DNA of 63,551 bases, counting the filler, from Octopus bimaculoides (taxonomy: Eukaryota): NCBI RefSeq assembly GCF_001194135.2. It is 4 parts of 3 records of this genome, joined end to end, with 100 filler letters (N's around TTAATTAATTAA, not from the genome) between each part and the next. Parts side by side here need not be neighbours in the genome. Positions count along the whole stretch, not along the records: positions 16,905 to 37,587 come from NC_068987.1; positions 37,688 to 51,926 come from NC_068990.1; 2 more parts are not named here. One strand, given 5' to 3'. Position numbers and translations under genes: made by a program. The notes under the pieces were generated by a model that was not told the DNA's origin, made no database searches, and saw nothing but the letters and a program-made list of their open reading frames with translations. This document shows, piece after piece, positions 25,351-38,608 of this stretch; positions within the stretch are counted from its first letter, which is position 1, and the number at the start of each line of letters is the position of its first letter.

Positions 25351-26049
25351 GTGATGTCCACACAAACAACCAGACAAAATCCAACATAGGTGCAACTAAG
25401 GACCAAATGATTCTCAGATATAATAGGCATCTATCCAGCTTCAGAAATAGGAATAAGGCTAACTTACATTCGGGAACTTAAGGATAAAAAAATAGATTTT
25501 AGCTTAAACTGGCTAACACATTAAATTCTAGCAATAAGACAATTAGTAGCCATAACACATTTTCAAACCACCCAATATTTGGTATGAGTTAGCTCTCTTC
25601 TCACCCTGCAAGTGTTACCCCACTTCACTTACACCACTGGTGTTACTAATTGTAAAACGGAATGCACAAGTGCGAAAAAATGTGCTTAATTAAATTAGGA
25701 AACCTGCACCTAAATAATGCTCACCCCCACCCTAATTACCCAACAAAACTAACCAATATACCACAAGCAAACCTCTACCCAGCGAATTTACCAGCACAAG
25801 AACAAAAATTTGATATAAGAATTACCACTTTGTTTACATTGCCATTACATATGTATCAATTATTTTCGCATCCTAACCGATGCATCTATCTATATTCGCA
25901 TTCTGAAGAGATTTACTTAAACCAGTAAATTGAAATGATCGTAAATGCTACTCTCATCTCTGCTTCTTCCTTCTTTGTTATCTATTTAATTAAAGACATA
26001 CCAGCAAAAACCACGAGTTTCCCATTGTTATTATATCCATTTTCTTCTC

Positions 26050-26121
<72 letters not shown>

Positions 26122-26124
<3 letters not shown>

Positions 26125-26800
26125 AGGGGGTACCCAAAAGAAACCGAAATTTTACAGTGGTATTTTATTCACTTAGTTTTACATGTTTACACTTTTATCA
26201 ACTTCAAAGTATTCTCCATTTGAAGCAATGCATCAGTCCAGATGCATTTCCCATTATTCAAAGCAGTGATGGAACTCTTGCAAAGTGATGCCTTCTAATG
26301 CCTCCATCATTTTTTCTTCACCTCTTCCACAAATTCTGTAGAACCAGTATTGTCACCAGTGATGACCTTTGAAAAAAGGTCCAAATCAGCATCCAACTGT
26401 TCTTTCAGTTTATGACACACATTCAGCTGTGAATGCTTTTGATCTATGAGCAAGCAAGACACAAATTTTGCTGCAATTTTTTCATTTGCAATTCCTTGCT
26501 CAAAATTCGTTGGCAGGTGCCCCAGGACACACCAGTTATATAAACAAGTTCATCAATTATTTGGTGATGGTCCTCCAAGATCATTTCATGAATTTTCATG
26601 ATGTTTTCATTCGTTTAGGAAGTTGACGGTCGTCCTGAAAGAAGTTGGTCATCAAGCAATAAGTGACCATTCTTAAAGCATTGAAACCACTCATAAGCTT
26701 GTGTTTTTGCTCATGACACCATCCATGTAAGCTGTTTGAAGCATGACAACTGTTTCAGCTGCTGTCTTCCCCAGCAGAAAACAGAATTTCATGGAAGCAC
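26122..26800 (-). mobile_element. Degenerate mariner element
   Basis: Reverse strand shows FCFLLGKTAAETVVMLQTAY, a KVITGD-like segment and a C-terminal CIASNGEYFEVD. Confidence 0.75.
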
Positions 26801-26809
26801 ACTATTCAT

Positions 26810-27192
26810 AAATGTGACTAGGGTGTTAGGAAACCCTTACATTGCAAGAAATATGAGCTAAACTGCTCTAATGCTGTAGTTAATGTACATGAATGAAAAC
26901 ATATACACTAACAGGGACCATAATTATCTGAAAAGTACCAATCAAGAATTCTTAATACTTACACATCAGTTTCAGCAGTTTGCAATGTTTCACCAAAAAG
27001 GAGAATTACAAATGTCACTAAATGTGACTAGGCTGTTAGGAAACACCTACAATGCAAGAAATAAGAGCCAAACCACTCTAATGTTATAGCTAACACACGT
27101 GAATGAAAACATATACACTAACAGGGACCATAATCTTCTGAAAAGTGCTGATTGAGAATTCTTAATACTGATACATCAGTTTCAGCAATTTC
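26810..27192. repeat. Diverged direct duplication, 210-bp period
   Basis: aaatgtgactagg..gttaggaaac...gaatgaaaacatatacactaacagggaccataat...catcagtttcagca at about 26810 and about 27020. Confidence 0.88.
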
Positions 27193-27289
27193 CTCATCAG
27201 TTAAGACTGCTCGATTGTTCAGCACTGTCCGGACTCGCTTCACCATTAGTATTTATGTTTTCGTCATCCAAATAATTGGATGATTTAGC

Positions 27290-27916
27290 AATTTACTAAT
27301 ATGTATATATGTATAATGTGTAGTAAAAATAAAAATGGCAAAATCGTTTCAGACTGGGGTGGTGAGGGGGTGGCTGAAATGAAAAAAAAATTTTCAAAGT
27401 TTTTTTCTTTTTTCATGAAAAGATGCCTCCCATCATTCTGAAGACTTTGGTGAAAGACATTTGAAAAAATTCCACTCAAAACAAAGAAATTTCAACTTAT
27501 GTGGGTCATCTGATCCGAAACTCCGTTTTCCAGAAATTCCCCCCACCCCTACCCCCTTCCAAAAATTTTGCCTAGAGATTTCTTTGTAATCGCAATCTAA
27601 ACAGTTTGGAAGGTATTTGTATAAAATTTCATTAAAAAATACCTATTTTCCGAAAGTTATGAAGGGGAAAATATCGGAACCTGTGAATTTTCCAAAACAG
27701 TATATAAACGATTATTTGGTGAAAGTTTCGTTAAAAAGTATCCATTTTTCTGGAAGTTATAAGGCAAAAAAGTCGGTGGGGTATTAAACTGTAGTTATGC
27801 TTTTTTTCAATAAAGTTAATGTTAATGGATTAACGCTAACTTCTGTTACATTTTCAAAGAATTAACAGATTACCGATTAATGAAGTTAACTTTCCAATTA
27901 ACAGTGCCCACCTTTG
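27290..27916 (-). mobile_element. Non-coding DNA-transposon-like repeat (copy 2)
   Basis: Ends ttaacagtgcccacctttg; its reverse complement aligns with 19299-19560 and 21190-21310. Confidence 0.6.
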
Positions 27917-27942
27917 TATATATGTATGTATGCATATATATC

Positions 27943-27975
<33 letters not shown>

Positions 27976-28439
27976 NNNNNNNNNNNNNNNNNNNNNNNNN
28001 NNNNNNNNNNNNNNNNNNNNNNNNNNNNNNNNNNNNNNNNNNNNNNNNNNNNNNNNNNNNNNNNNNNNNNNNNNNNNNNNNNNNNNNNNNNNNNNNNNNN
28101 NNNNNNNNNNNNNNNNNNNNATACGCACGCGTGCGCGTGCACACTCACACACACACACATGCTGAGTAGTCCATTGCTGCCAGGCAATTTTCACAATAGA
28201 ATGCCTTTATTTCAATTTTTTTGTCATTCCATGTCACATCATGTCTTCCCCAGTAGACAGGGCCCTTGATCAGAATGGATTTACACATTATTTGGGGCAA
28301 TTTATAGTGTCTTGATAAACAATGTTTTTTGTTTTTCGATTTGGTGCATAGATGTAAAGATTTTTCTTACTTCCTACTCTTGAACATCCAATGTAAAGCT
28401 GATCATGAGTGAAGCAGAGCTTTTCAAGATGTAAAGCAG

Positions 28440-30830
28440 CAACCAAAAATGTTTTCCCCTCTCATTTGTTGATGGTCATAGCAAAGCTAAGAATCACAGG
28501 AAATTAAAGTCATTGAAGTGAAACGAAACAGTGGAGATAAGAGGAATTTTTTTGATGAACACATCCTCTCCCTTACCATATCCTGTTGAAATGGTGACTT
28601 AAATCACATGTGGATACATATTTTTCACAACTAATCGAGTTCCATTGCATAGCCTTGGTAAGTCCAAACTCTATATAATAACATGATGGGTGTTCCTTCT
28701 TCAAGGACATGTGGAGGCATTCCTGATGGTTCTAAAGAGTTGAGGAACTCTGTCAAGTAATTGACTGCTTCTGACTATTCCACTGCAGTGTTGACACATT
28801 GATAGAGCTTTGAAACCTTTGGAATTCTTTTTAACAGCACTTGATTTATCAATTTTTCACCGTCACATTTTTCAGAGCCTATATAGCCCTTTTACTGATC
28901 CAGTTGTGACTTGCAAACTGATACTTAATATTAGGGGACACTTTTTCTATGAGATTGAGTATGGATTCTACCATTGACTTTCAAGCCTTTAGGACTTACA
29001 TTAATAGCTCCTTTGCTATCTCCAAGAAGTCTTCCATCCCCAAGCCTTAATAGATCCTGGGTGAACTGCTGTGCCTGTCTGTCACCATCAAGATGTATCC
29101 TTATGTTCGTAGAGAACTTCAAAACTTTGATTGAACTCCAATGTCAATTTTTCCAAACAGGCTCAGAATTTATCAATTCTAGTGCCTTTTAAAATGAATG
29201 GGAGAGTTTGTCAAAAAATTTGAAAGGACTGTTGTGATTCCATCCATTAATAGGTTATTGCTTCTAACATCCTTTAATGTTCAGTCCACTGCTTCCAAGG
29301 TGTTTTTGTGCATCATTGAACACTTGTCTCATACTATCAATTCACATCTGCAAAGAGTTTTCAGCTGTGTTGGAATTCTTCAAAATGTTGCAAACTCCAT
29401 GTTCATCTAGCCCAAGCATAAATGTCGAATGAGCTGTTCGTCCTCCAGATAACAGTGCGGCAGCTAAGGAGGTCACTGCCAATGCAATATTCTTTTGCTT
29501 TCTCTAGCTTTTGCTAATAACAGAGGCATCACAAATGTCTTCCCTGTACCTCCAGGGGTATCTAGAAAATAGACACCTCTTTTCTTATTCATTACATGAT
29601 TGGACACAGTTTCATATATAACTCTGTTCATGTAACAGCTTTGGCTCATTTTCTTGAACACAACTTTTTAATGTTTGTATATCATAGGATGTTTCTTTTC
29701 AAATTTCTTGTTGCCTTGAGGTACTGCAGGAAGTACAAAGGTCTTCAAATTTTGACCACCATGATTTTGATCTCTATTTCAATCAATGCTTGCTGATATA
29801 TTTCATCAGTGAATTAAATTTTTAGGTTAGGATTTGACATTTGTGCTTGATATTTGAAGTCTTTGGATAGTTAATCTTTGTATTTTCCCATAGACTGACT
29901 GGGCTGCTAACTTCACAAGTTTTGATGAGCAGAGTGAATAAAGCCCAGAGATTTGCAAGACTTCAGGAAACACAGGCTTCTGACATAGTACCATCCCACT
30001 GAGAATCATCCTTTCAATAGCACTCTTCTTAAGCAGGCCTCTCCATGCATTGAACAAATATGTCCATCAGCTGTTCTGAGGTCTTGAAAGGATGTTGGGG
30101 CTTGAACAGTGTGAAGTAAAATGTGCAAGTAGAAGCATTCATATTGGTTAGGTTGAACCCTGTACATATAGCTCAAAGTGCTGTCTAACTTTATCTCAAG
30201 CCATCCTTCTACAGCCAGACTAAGTTCCATTTTGTTTTTCTGTTTTGATGTATAGTAGGCTGGGACTTCATTGTAGAATAAGGTATGGCAAATAGGTTTT
30301 GTTCATATAGAATGGAAAAAGCTATCAGAGTTGTTGGTCTTGGATCATTGACCATTTGTGCTGCCTTTTGAGGTTGAAAATAAACCCTTTGTTTATTTTC
30401 CAAGTGCACTACCAGCTTCTGAATCGAGAGAAATCTATCATGAAGGGAAAAGCCATAAATCCTCCAAAATGCTTCATTGGAGGATACGTATCTGCCCTGT
30501 TGGAACTGGGTAACCTCATCATAGATTTTCACTTGAAAGTGCAAACACTGCAGCATCCAATCCTTTGTTTATATACTTCCACTCATATTTGAATGATTTC
30601 ACTGAGCTGCAGAATTTAAAGTTTTCAAAAGTAGAGGGCTGTAAGGCACGACCCAACTATTATCAATTTCATGCTGTCTTGGCTGCAAATACTCCATCAT
30701 TAGGACTTCTTCATTTGTAATGAGGATGACTGTCTTCAGCTGTTTGGGTGTCTTTAGTCAATGGCTTAGCATAATTTTTGGAGCACTTTTTCATGTCTTC
30801 CTCCATGTTGAAGTCTGTAGTCTGTAGTCT
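28440..30830 (-). mobile_element. Fossil Helitron RepHel (PIF1-type helicase), disrupted
   Basis: GRYVSSNEAFWRI, VHLENKQRVYF, ECFYLHILLHTVQAPTSFQDLRT, Walker A FLDTPGGTGKTF, LLSGGRTAHSTF, NIRIHLDGD...LLRLGDG and [10 protein letters not shown]. Confidence 0.92.
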
Positions 30831-31399
30831 GTAGTCTTGCAAGCAGCATTGGCACACAAAAAAAAAATCATCCGATACACAACTGTGAAATGGCTGGAAT
30901 TTGAAATAGCAAACACTGGAGCATGATGCAACCTTCAGACACAGCAGATCTCAAACCATCCAACCCATGCCAGCATGGAACATGAATGTTAAATAATGAT
31001 GAGGAACACACACACACACACATACATGTACACATACACAGGAAGAGTGAGAGAGAGAGAGAGAAAGAGAGATTGTATCAGTGTTTAATTAACCTAACCA
31101 TTTTCCTTTATGCTCTTGTTTAAATGTAATACTTATTTTTACAGCTTATCAATGTGTTAATATATTCCCTAAACCTATCATTTGATTGTAAATACATTGA
31201 GTATAATGACTTCTATTAGACAACTGAAGTTGTAAAAACTAGTTTTGATTGCAAGTAAGTTCTTGGCACTGATCCAAACATGCCTTAATGGAACATGTAC
31301 TAACCATAGCAATTTAATTTTCAGACTGAGAGAGGAAAAACAATGATGGCAGGAAAAATGCAGCGAGATCTTTGGCACACTGACAAAACTAAGATTGTT

Positions 31400-31685
31400 T
31401 GGATGTCATAACTGTGCAGAAGTTGTGGTTGTTATTGCTGATGTTTTCATTGTCTTTGTTGTTGTTGTTGCTGTTGCTGTGGTTGTTATCATTATTATTG
31501 TTGCTGTTGTTATTGGTGACAGTGTTGGTGTTCTTGACGTTTGTTGTTGATATTGTTGTTGCTGTTGTCATTGGTGTTGCATTGTTGTTGTTGCTGCTAC
31601 TCTTGTTCTTGTTGTTACTGTTGTTGTTGCTGTTGCTATTGTTATTGTTGTAGTTATTGTTGTTGTTGTTCTATTGTTGATAGTG
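31400..31685. repeat. (GTT/GCT/ATT)n compound microsatellite
   Basis: Direct inspection. Confidence 0.9.
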
Positions 31686-32807
31686 TTGTGAGCTTCAGAT
31701 CAGCTCTCATCAAACACTGGTATGGCACACACACACACACACACATGCACATGCACACACACGGTCTGTAGAACAAGAGGTGGGACCTTTATATCCAGTT
31801 ATATCATATTTCCATGTCTGAAGACTATAAGTGCCCACTCCAAAATACAGTAATGAATATTCAGGTGTGCAGTGTAACAGTCTGGACATAATGTACACTC
31901 TGCACTGTCTGATCTATTTCTGTACTGCTGCAGATTCTAGTAATAGCTGTAATGGTTGTAGACAAGACGGAATTAGTCAAAACATAGTAGTGGTGATTCC
32001 TTTGCACTTCTGGTGTTCATTCCTGAATGTAGTTTAGGGTCAGTAATGTCAGTAAGGTGATTAATACTGGAGTGTTGATAGTGTTGGAGTAGTACAGCAG
32101 TGTGATACAAAAGAATGGGCTGGGGGTATGAATGGAATGTCATCTATTTGTCAGGTTGTGTGTATATTTTGTGGTTATCTGGATGGCCAGATAGATATAA
32201 GTTAAAAGCATTGGTGAGAGGATGGATATGCATGGTACTCTATTTGGGAAAATTGCAAGTTCTGGAAGTTGCATTTTAATACATTATACATAAGCTCAAA
32301 ATTTAGCAGGTCACATCCTTGTTACAATTTCGTGATGTTTGTCAAGATAGTGTTGAATATATTTTTAATGAGTGGAGAATGGAGAAATAAAGCTTTGCTG
32401 TTGGTGTTATAATAATTAGATTTGACCCCACATTTTACCTCATGGAAATCAAGAGTTGATCATGTGTGCAAGCACAAATTCTGTCCAATCAACGGCTTTT
32501 GTTCATGTGATAGTTTGGTGGCATGACTAGGGATTTCTGTGAATAGAGCCTATAAATACAGTTCATTTTAGCATGAGAAAGGTAGAGGGAATTCAGTCCT
32601 TAGTGGAATTTGCTCTCAACTTGTAGCTGTTCTCACAGTTACATATTCAACTTGGTATGATAGAAGAAACATAGCATGGCAATATAGCAACAAGAATATG
32701 CATTGATGTGTAAAAATTAGCTTATGTGAATTATTGATGAAGATCTCCTGCACCTGTAACATATGCCGTTTCATATAAAATTTACTCTTCTTGTATTGCA
32801 TGAACAC

Positions 32808-33570
32808 TAGGGATAGATGAGTGGTTAGTGAGAGCTGTGCAAGCCATCTACAGGGACGCTGTCAGTAAGGCGAGGGTTGGCAACGAGTACAGTGAAGAAT
32901 TCCGGGTAGAGGTAGGGGTCCATCAAGGTTCAGTCCTCAGCCCCTTCCTATTTATCTTAGTCCTCCAGGCAATAACACAGGAATTCAAGACAGAATGCCT
33001 CTGGGAGCTCCTCTATGCTGATGACCTTGCACTAATTGCTGAGTCACTATCAGAACTAGAGGAGAAGTTTCAGGTGTGGAAGCAAGGACTAGAATCAAAG
33101 AGCTTTAGAGTCAACCTAGCTAAAACCAAAGTCCTAATAAGTAGGAAGGTAGACAAAACACCTTCAGGTAGATGGCCCTGCTGGATCTGTAGAAAAGGCG
33201 TAGGTAGAAACTCCATAAGATGTACCCAGTGTAAGCTATGGACACGTAAGAGGTGCAGCAATATCAAAGGAAGGCTAACTAGCAAGATAGTTATTATATG
33301 TGGCAGATGCTCAGGAGCAATAAACACTGAAAATGTGCAGAAAACAACCTTTGCCACACTCCAGGTAGAAAAACTAGAAGTATAGTTGATAGCATCCGCT
33401 ACCTAGGTGACCAAGTTTGTAGCGGGGGAGGGTGCGCTGAAAGTGTAGCTGCTAGAATAAGAATAGCCTAGGCAAAGTTCAGAGAGTTCTTACCTCTGCT
33501 GGTGACAAAGGGCCTCTTACTCAGAGTAAAAGGCAGACTGTATGATGCATGTGTACGAACCGCCATGCTA
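32808..33570 (+). mobile_element. RTE LINE RT fragment including the Cys/His insert
   Basis: ORF 32828-33385 contains VGVHQGSVLSPFLF, WELLYADDLALI, VNLAKTKV and CWICRKGVGRNSIRCTQCKLWTRKRC...CGRC. Confidence 0.94.
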
Positions 33571-33848
33571 CATGTCAAAAAGCTAAAAATAACTGACCAA
33601 TGAAAAAGAAACCAACCAACATTCAACCAGATCAAAAAATAAACCCAAATACTAAGCAAACAAAGATGAACCATCCCACTTCTGTTGCACGCACACACAC
33701 ATACACAAACACACACACATTCACATAACCCCCCTCCTTTTACATACACACATATATATTCACACAGAGTTGAAACGCTGTTTGATTTATTTTTTCAGTG
33801 TACAATTTTCATCATCCCACTAGCAAGTGTGACATCACCTCTTCCTTC

Positions 33849-34031
33849 CTATCACCCTTACCTTTCTCATTCATAAACACAAGAGTATTATTATAGGAGA
33901 TTATCTCGGTAACCATGGGAGCTATGTAAAAATTATGACATTACTCTTTCCTTCCTTATTCATCTATCACCCCTTCCTTTCTCATTCATAACACAAGAGC
34001 ATTATTATTGTAGATTATCTTGGTAACCATG
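33849..34031. repeat. Direct duplication, about 115-bp period
   Basis: ctatcaccc..cctttctcattcat..acacaagag.attatta...gattatct.ggtaaccatg at about 33849 and about 33964. Confidence 0.85.
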
Positions 34032-34170
34032 AAAAAAATACAAAGCCTAGCATTACCACCGGATCATTCTACACATCTATGTAATTTTTCGCACAATTCC
34101 ACCCAGCTGTTTGACCATGAATCCCAAGACAAGAGAGAATCATCCATGTCAAATTTATATGTATAGATTA

Positions 34171-34210
<40 letters not shown>

Positions 34211-35092
34211 TGAGAAAGTTGGTATGTGAAAGCACGTGGTTGGATGTATAAAAGATAATAAGAGTGAAAAAACTACAGAAGGCTTGTGTTACATGGTTAA
34301 AGTATATATTTCAATTATGTAAGAAAAATGTTATAAAATTTTTTTGGTATATAAANNNNNNNNNNNNNNNNNNNNNNNNNNNNNNNNNNNNNNNNNNNNN
34401 NNNNNNNNNNNNNNNNNNNNNNNNNNNNNNNNNNNNNNNNNNNNNNNNNNNNNNNNNNNNNNNNNNNNNNNNNNNNNNNNNNNNNNNNNNNNNNNNNNNN
34501 NNNNNNNNNNNNNNNNNNNNNNNNNNNNNNNNNNNNNNNNNNNNNNNNNNNNNNNNNNNNNNNNNNNNNNNNNNNNNNNNNNNNNNNNNNNNNNNNNNNN
34601 NNNNNNNNNNNNNNNNNNNNNNNNNNNNNNNNNNNNNNNNNNNNNNNNNNNNNNNNNNNNNNNNNNNNNNNNNNNNNNNNNNNNNNNNNNNNNNNNNNNN
34701 NNNNNNNNNNNNNNNNNNNNNNNNNNNNNNNNNNNNNNNNNNNNNNNNNNNNNNNNNNNNNNNNNNNNNNNNNNNNNNNNNNNNNNNNNNNNNNNNNNNN
34801 NNNNNNNNNNNNNNNNNNNNNNNNNNNNNNNNNNNNNNNNNNNNNNNNNNNNNNNNNNNNNNNNNNNNNNNNNNNNNNNNNNNNNNNNNNNNNNNNNNNN
34901 NNNNNNNNNNNNNNNNNNNNNNNNNNNNNNNNNNNNNNNNNNNNNNNNNNNNNNNNNNNNNNNNNNGCCTTGTCTGTGGCAGGAATATTTAAACTTCGAG
35001 AGAGTGAAACATATTTTCGACAATATAATTATTTACTATTTTATTCCTCTCCATTAAACACACTTGCATCTGTCAATGTTTTCTCCCTATAG

Positions 35093-35147
<55 letters not shown>

Positions 35148-35479
35148 CGTTGGAAGAAAGAACGACAGAGAGCCCGCGAAAGAAAAAGAGGGAAAGAGAG
35201 ATAGTGGTAGCTGTCAAACGCCATTATAGAGAGAAAGTGGAGGGAAGGGAGGAAAGAGAGAGATCGAGGGAGAAAGGGTGATAGCTGTAAGAAAGAAACG
35301 ACAAACACTTGTCAAAGTCCAGTTAAAGATGATGAATTTTGCCTTAGCAGCCACGCATTTCAATGGAGCAAACTGAAATTTTCCATGCATACTTGCCAGC
35401 ATGTTTTCTACAGGCGTATAAATTTTCAGATCAGTCCAACCACGTTCACTAACACTTTTGCCAGCACAACTGCACATGT

Positions 35480-35920
35480 GACAACGTCCACCCTTTTCAC
35501 AAATATAGAATAGACTAGCAGGGATTAAAATGGCATAGTTTTTTATCGTTTTGCTTGTTTCGGTATTATAACCCAATTTCAATGGGGTCTACTTGGGCCA
35601 TATTTTAAAAGATGAGGAATATTGCCCTTGAGGTTACATCTTTCAATTGCATAAACTCAAAGTTGCCATGCAAACTCCACAGCACTTTTAACATAGGTGT
35701 GCAAATTTTCAGCTCAATCCTACTACATTTACTAACATGTTTGACCGCTTGATCACGTCTGCCCTTTTCACAAATATATAGTAGACTTACAGAAATACTC
35801 GGCCTTGTTCGGGATTAAAATGACATAGTTCTTTTATTGTTTTACTTGTTTCAGTATTATAACACAATTTCATTCGGGTCTACTTGGGCCACATTTTAAA
35901 AGATGAGGAATTTTCCCCGA
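35480..35920. repeat. Diverged direct duplication within an AT-rich interspersed repeat
   Basis: cccttttcacaaatata...gggattaaaatg.catagtt...gggtctacttgggcca.attttaaaagatgaggaa at about 35490-35620 and 35760-35910. Confidence 0.8.
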
Positions 35921-36208
35921 GATGTCAGTGTACTAGATTCCACGCAAACGTCTGAGATTTTTATTTTCTTTCTTAGTAAAAATCATGCAGGCGTTAAAAC
36001 AAATTTACCAACACTTCTTAGACACCATACACATATGCACCTTACTTTATCCTATAGCCAATCCTTAAAATCCCCCCTACCTCACTCTATCTACCTCTAT
36101 TTCTCTTTATGTTCTTTTGCATACTTTTACCAATTAATAGCCACCTTCGCTACCATTCTCTTATTAAGCGTTGATATGTTCGCGTCTTTTTCTTGGGATA
36201 TTTACTAC

Positions 36209-36257
<49 letters not shown>

Positions 36258-36435
36258 TATATAAATATATATATATATATACATATATATACATATATAC
36301 ATACACATTATATATATATATTATATATAAATACACACACACTTTAAAAATATATATGCACATTATATATATATGCACACATTATATATATACATATGCA
36401 TTATATACATATATGTATGTATATATATATACGCA

Positions 36436-36680
36436 TGGAAGCGCTTGGCTTAGTGTTTAGGGTGTCAGCATCAGGATCGTAAGATTATGGTTTCGATTCC
36501 TGGACCGGGCGACACATTGTGTTCTTGAGCAAAACACTTCATTTCACGTTGCTCCAGTCCACTCAGCTAGAAAAATGAGTAACACTGTGATGGACTGGTG
36601 TCCTGTCCAGCTGGGGAATACATACGCCATTGAAACCAGGAAACTGGGCCCATGAGCCTGGCTAGGCTTTAAAAGGGCGC
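36436..36680 (+). mobile_element. tRNA-derived SINE, second family
   Basis: A-box tggcttagtgt, B-box ggtttcgattcc, core tgtgttcttgagcaaaacacttcatttcac and tail gatggactgg.gtcc.gtccagctgggg; homologous to 47655-47900. Confidence 0.85.
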
Positions 36681-36683
36681 AAG

Positions 36684-36970
36684 TGGAGGCCCAATGGCCC
36701 AGTGGTTAGGGCAGCGGACTCGCGGTTGGAGGATCACAGTGATTCCCAGATCGGGCATTGTGAGTGTTTATCGAGCGAAAACACCTAAAGCTCCACGAGG
36801 CTCCAGCAGGGGTGGTGGCAACTCCTGTTGTACTCTTTCACCCCAACTTTCTCTCACTCTTCTTGTTTCTTGAGTAATGCTGCGATGGACTGGCGTCCCG
36901 TCCAGCTGGGGGGAACACATATGCCATAGAGACCAGGAACACGGGCCCATGAGCCTGGCTAGGCTTTAAA
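36684..36970 (+). mobile_element. tRNA-derived SINE with a different head/body and the same tail
   Basis: A-box tggcccagtggttagg; the tail gcgatggactggcgtcccgtccagctgggg...gggcccatgagcctggctaggctttaaaa is shared with the upstream SINE. Confidence 0.8.
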
Positions 36971-37687
36971 ATATATATATGCATTATATATATATATATC
37001 TACACACATTATATATACATATGTGTACACATTTCATACCTCTGCCGAAGAAATATGAATCTCAGAAGGATGTCCAGATAAGAAGTTTTTCTGTCTTTTC
37101 AACCTCGTTCATACCCTTCTATTTATGCACAGATCATAACACCTTACTTAGTGTTTTCACTATTCTGTCTATTTCATTACCATGTCATCAAATTTATTTA
37201 TTTATTCAAGTTTATCACACAGTCACTTATTTCTATAATTCTGTCTTAAATTAGCTGATCGAAAACTCTCAGATTTTTCAATTCTATATTACTATTATCA
37301 ACATTTGCTGTCTCGTTAAACTATGCTACACAAATCCCAAAAGAATATTTTTCTCCCTCGTGTTCTGACGACTAACCCTAACCCTTCCCCTCTCTCTGCC
37401 TTACTCTGTCTCTCTCAATCTTACTCTCCCTCTCTCTCCTTCCCTCCCTCCCTCTTTCGATTAACTCTCACTTCGCCAGGACAATAAACTAACGCACGCA
37501 CCCTGATTCCCCTACTCCAGCTTAATACCTCTGCCTTACTCTGCTCGTGGTGCATCCGCTGTCCCACCCCCTCCACCAGTACCAGAANNNNNNNNNNNNN
37601 NNNNNNNNNNNNNNNNNNNNNNNNNNNNNNNTTAATTAATTAANNNNNNNNNNNNNNNNNNNNNNNNNNNNNNNNNNNNNNNNNNNN

Positions 37688-38040
37688 ACGTCTGCTTTCC
37701 ATGCTAGCATGGGTTGGACGATTTGACTGAGGACTGGTGAACCAGATGGCTGCACCAGGCTCCAATCTGATCTGGCAGAGTTTCTACAGCTGGATGCCCT
37801 TCCTAACGCCAACCACACCGAGAGTGTAGTGGGTGCTTTTACGTGCCACTGGCATGAGGGCCAGTCAGGCAGTAATGACAACGGCCATGCTCAAAATGGT
37901 GATTTTTACGTGCCACCTGCCAGTCCAGCGGCACTAGCAATCACCTCGCTCAAATTTTTCTTCACGTGCCAGTAAGGCGACGTTGGTAACGACCCCGCTC
38001 AAATGGTGCTATTTACGTGCCACTGGCACGGAAGCCAGAC
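37688..38040 (-). mobile_element. RTE 3' UTR, near-consensus copy
   Basis: cgtctgctttccatgctagcatgggtt...ctggatgcccttcctaacgccaaccac...gtgcttttacgtgccac. Confidence 0.88.
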
Positions 38041-38382
38041 AGCTCTTAATACAAAACCACAAATGGACCACACTATATTACTGGTACTTTATTTTATGTT
38101 CCATGGAGAGATAAAAGTGAATGCTAGTGGAATTTGAACACAACAGAAAGATACATAACTAATTACCACAAGGCATTTAAATCATTTCAGTTCTTGCTAA
38201 TGATAATTTCTTATATAGGCACAAAGACCAGAATTTGGAGGAGGAGTATATCAACCCAATACTTGACAATTACTCATTTAAATGACTACTTTATAGAATT
38301 ATATCAATGCTATTTTTACATACATACTTCCATTCTGGAATGAGTTTACAAGGACTGCAATTGTGTTATCCTATATTTTTAA

Positions 38383-38608
38383 CTCTTTAGCATTTAAACT
38401 GGCCATATCCAGCCCAAACATGCCTCTTGTTTTAAGTTCAAACTGGCCAGATATAGCTTCTCGCACTTACCCTACAATGTCATCCTAAAAATAAATAGAC
38501 AACAATATATCATTGAAATCTTAACGCTATGAGATAATGCATGACTAATTAAAAACAATATGAATAAATAAGCTTTACACTTGGCAGAGTAATTTGAATA
38601 CCAAAGTG
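38383..38608. mobile_element. piggyBac-type MITE with TTAA target duplication
   Basis: TTAA|ctctttagcatt ... aataccaaagtg|TTAA; about 9/12 terminal inverted match. Confidence 0.55.

Noticed and set aside
31710-32030. Protein-like minus-strand stretch (YFGVGTYSLQTWKYDITGYKGP)
   Set aside because: No frame is open from the best acceptor, the ORF runs into a (GT)n repeat, and no family is recognisable.
32616-32700. VEYVTVRT segment as a possible PSMB3 last exon
   Set aside because: The nearest AG gives the wrong phase and there is no RMD-like ending.
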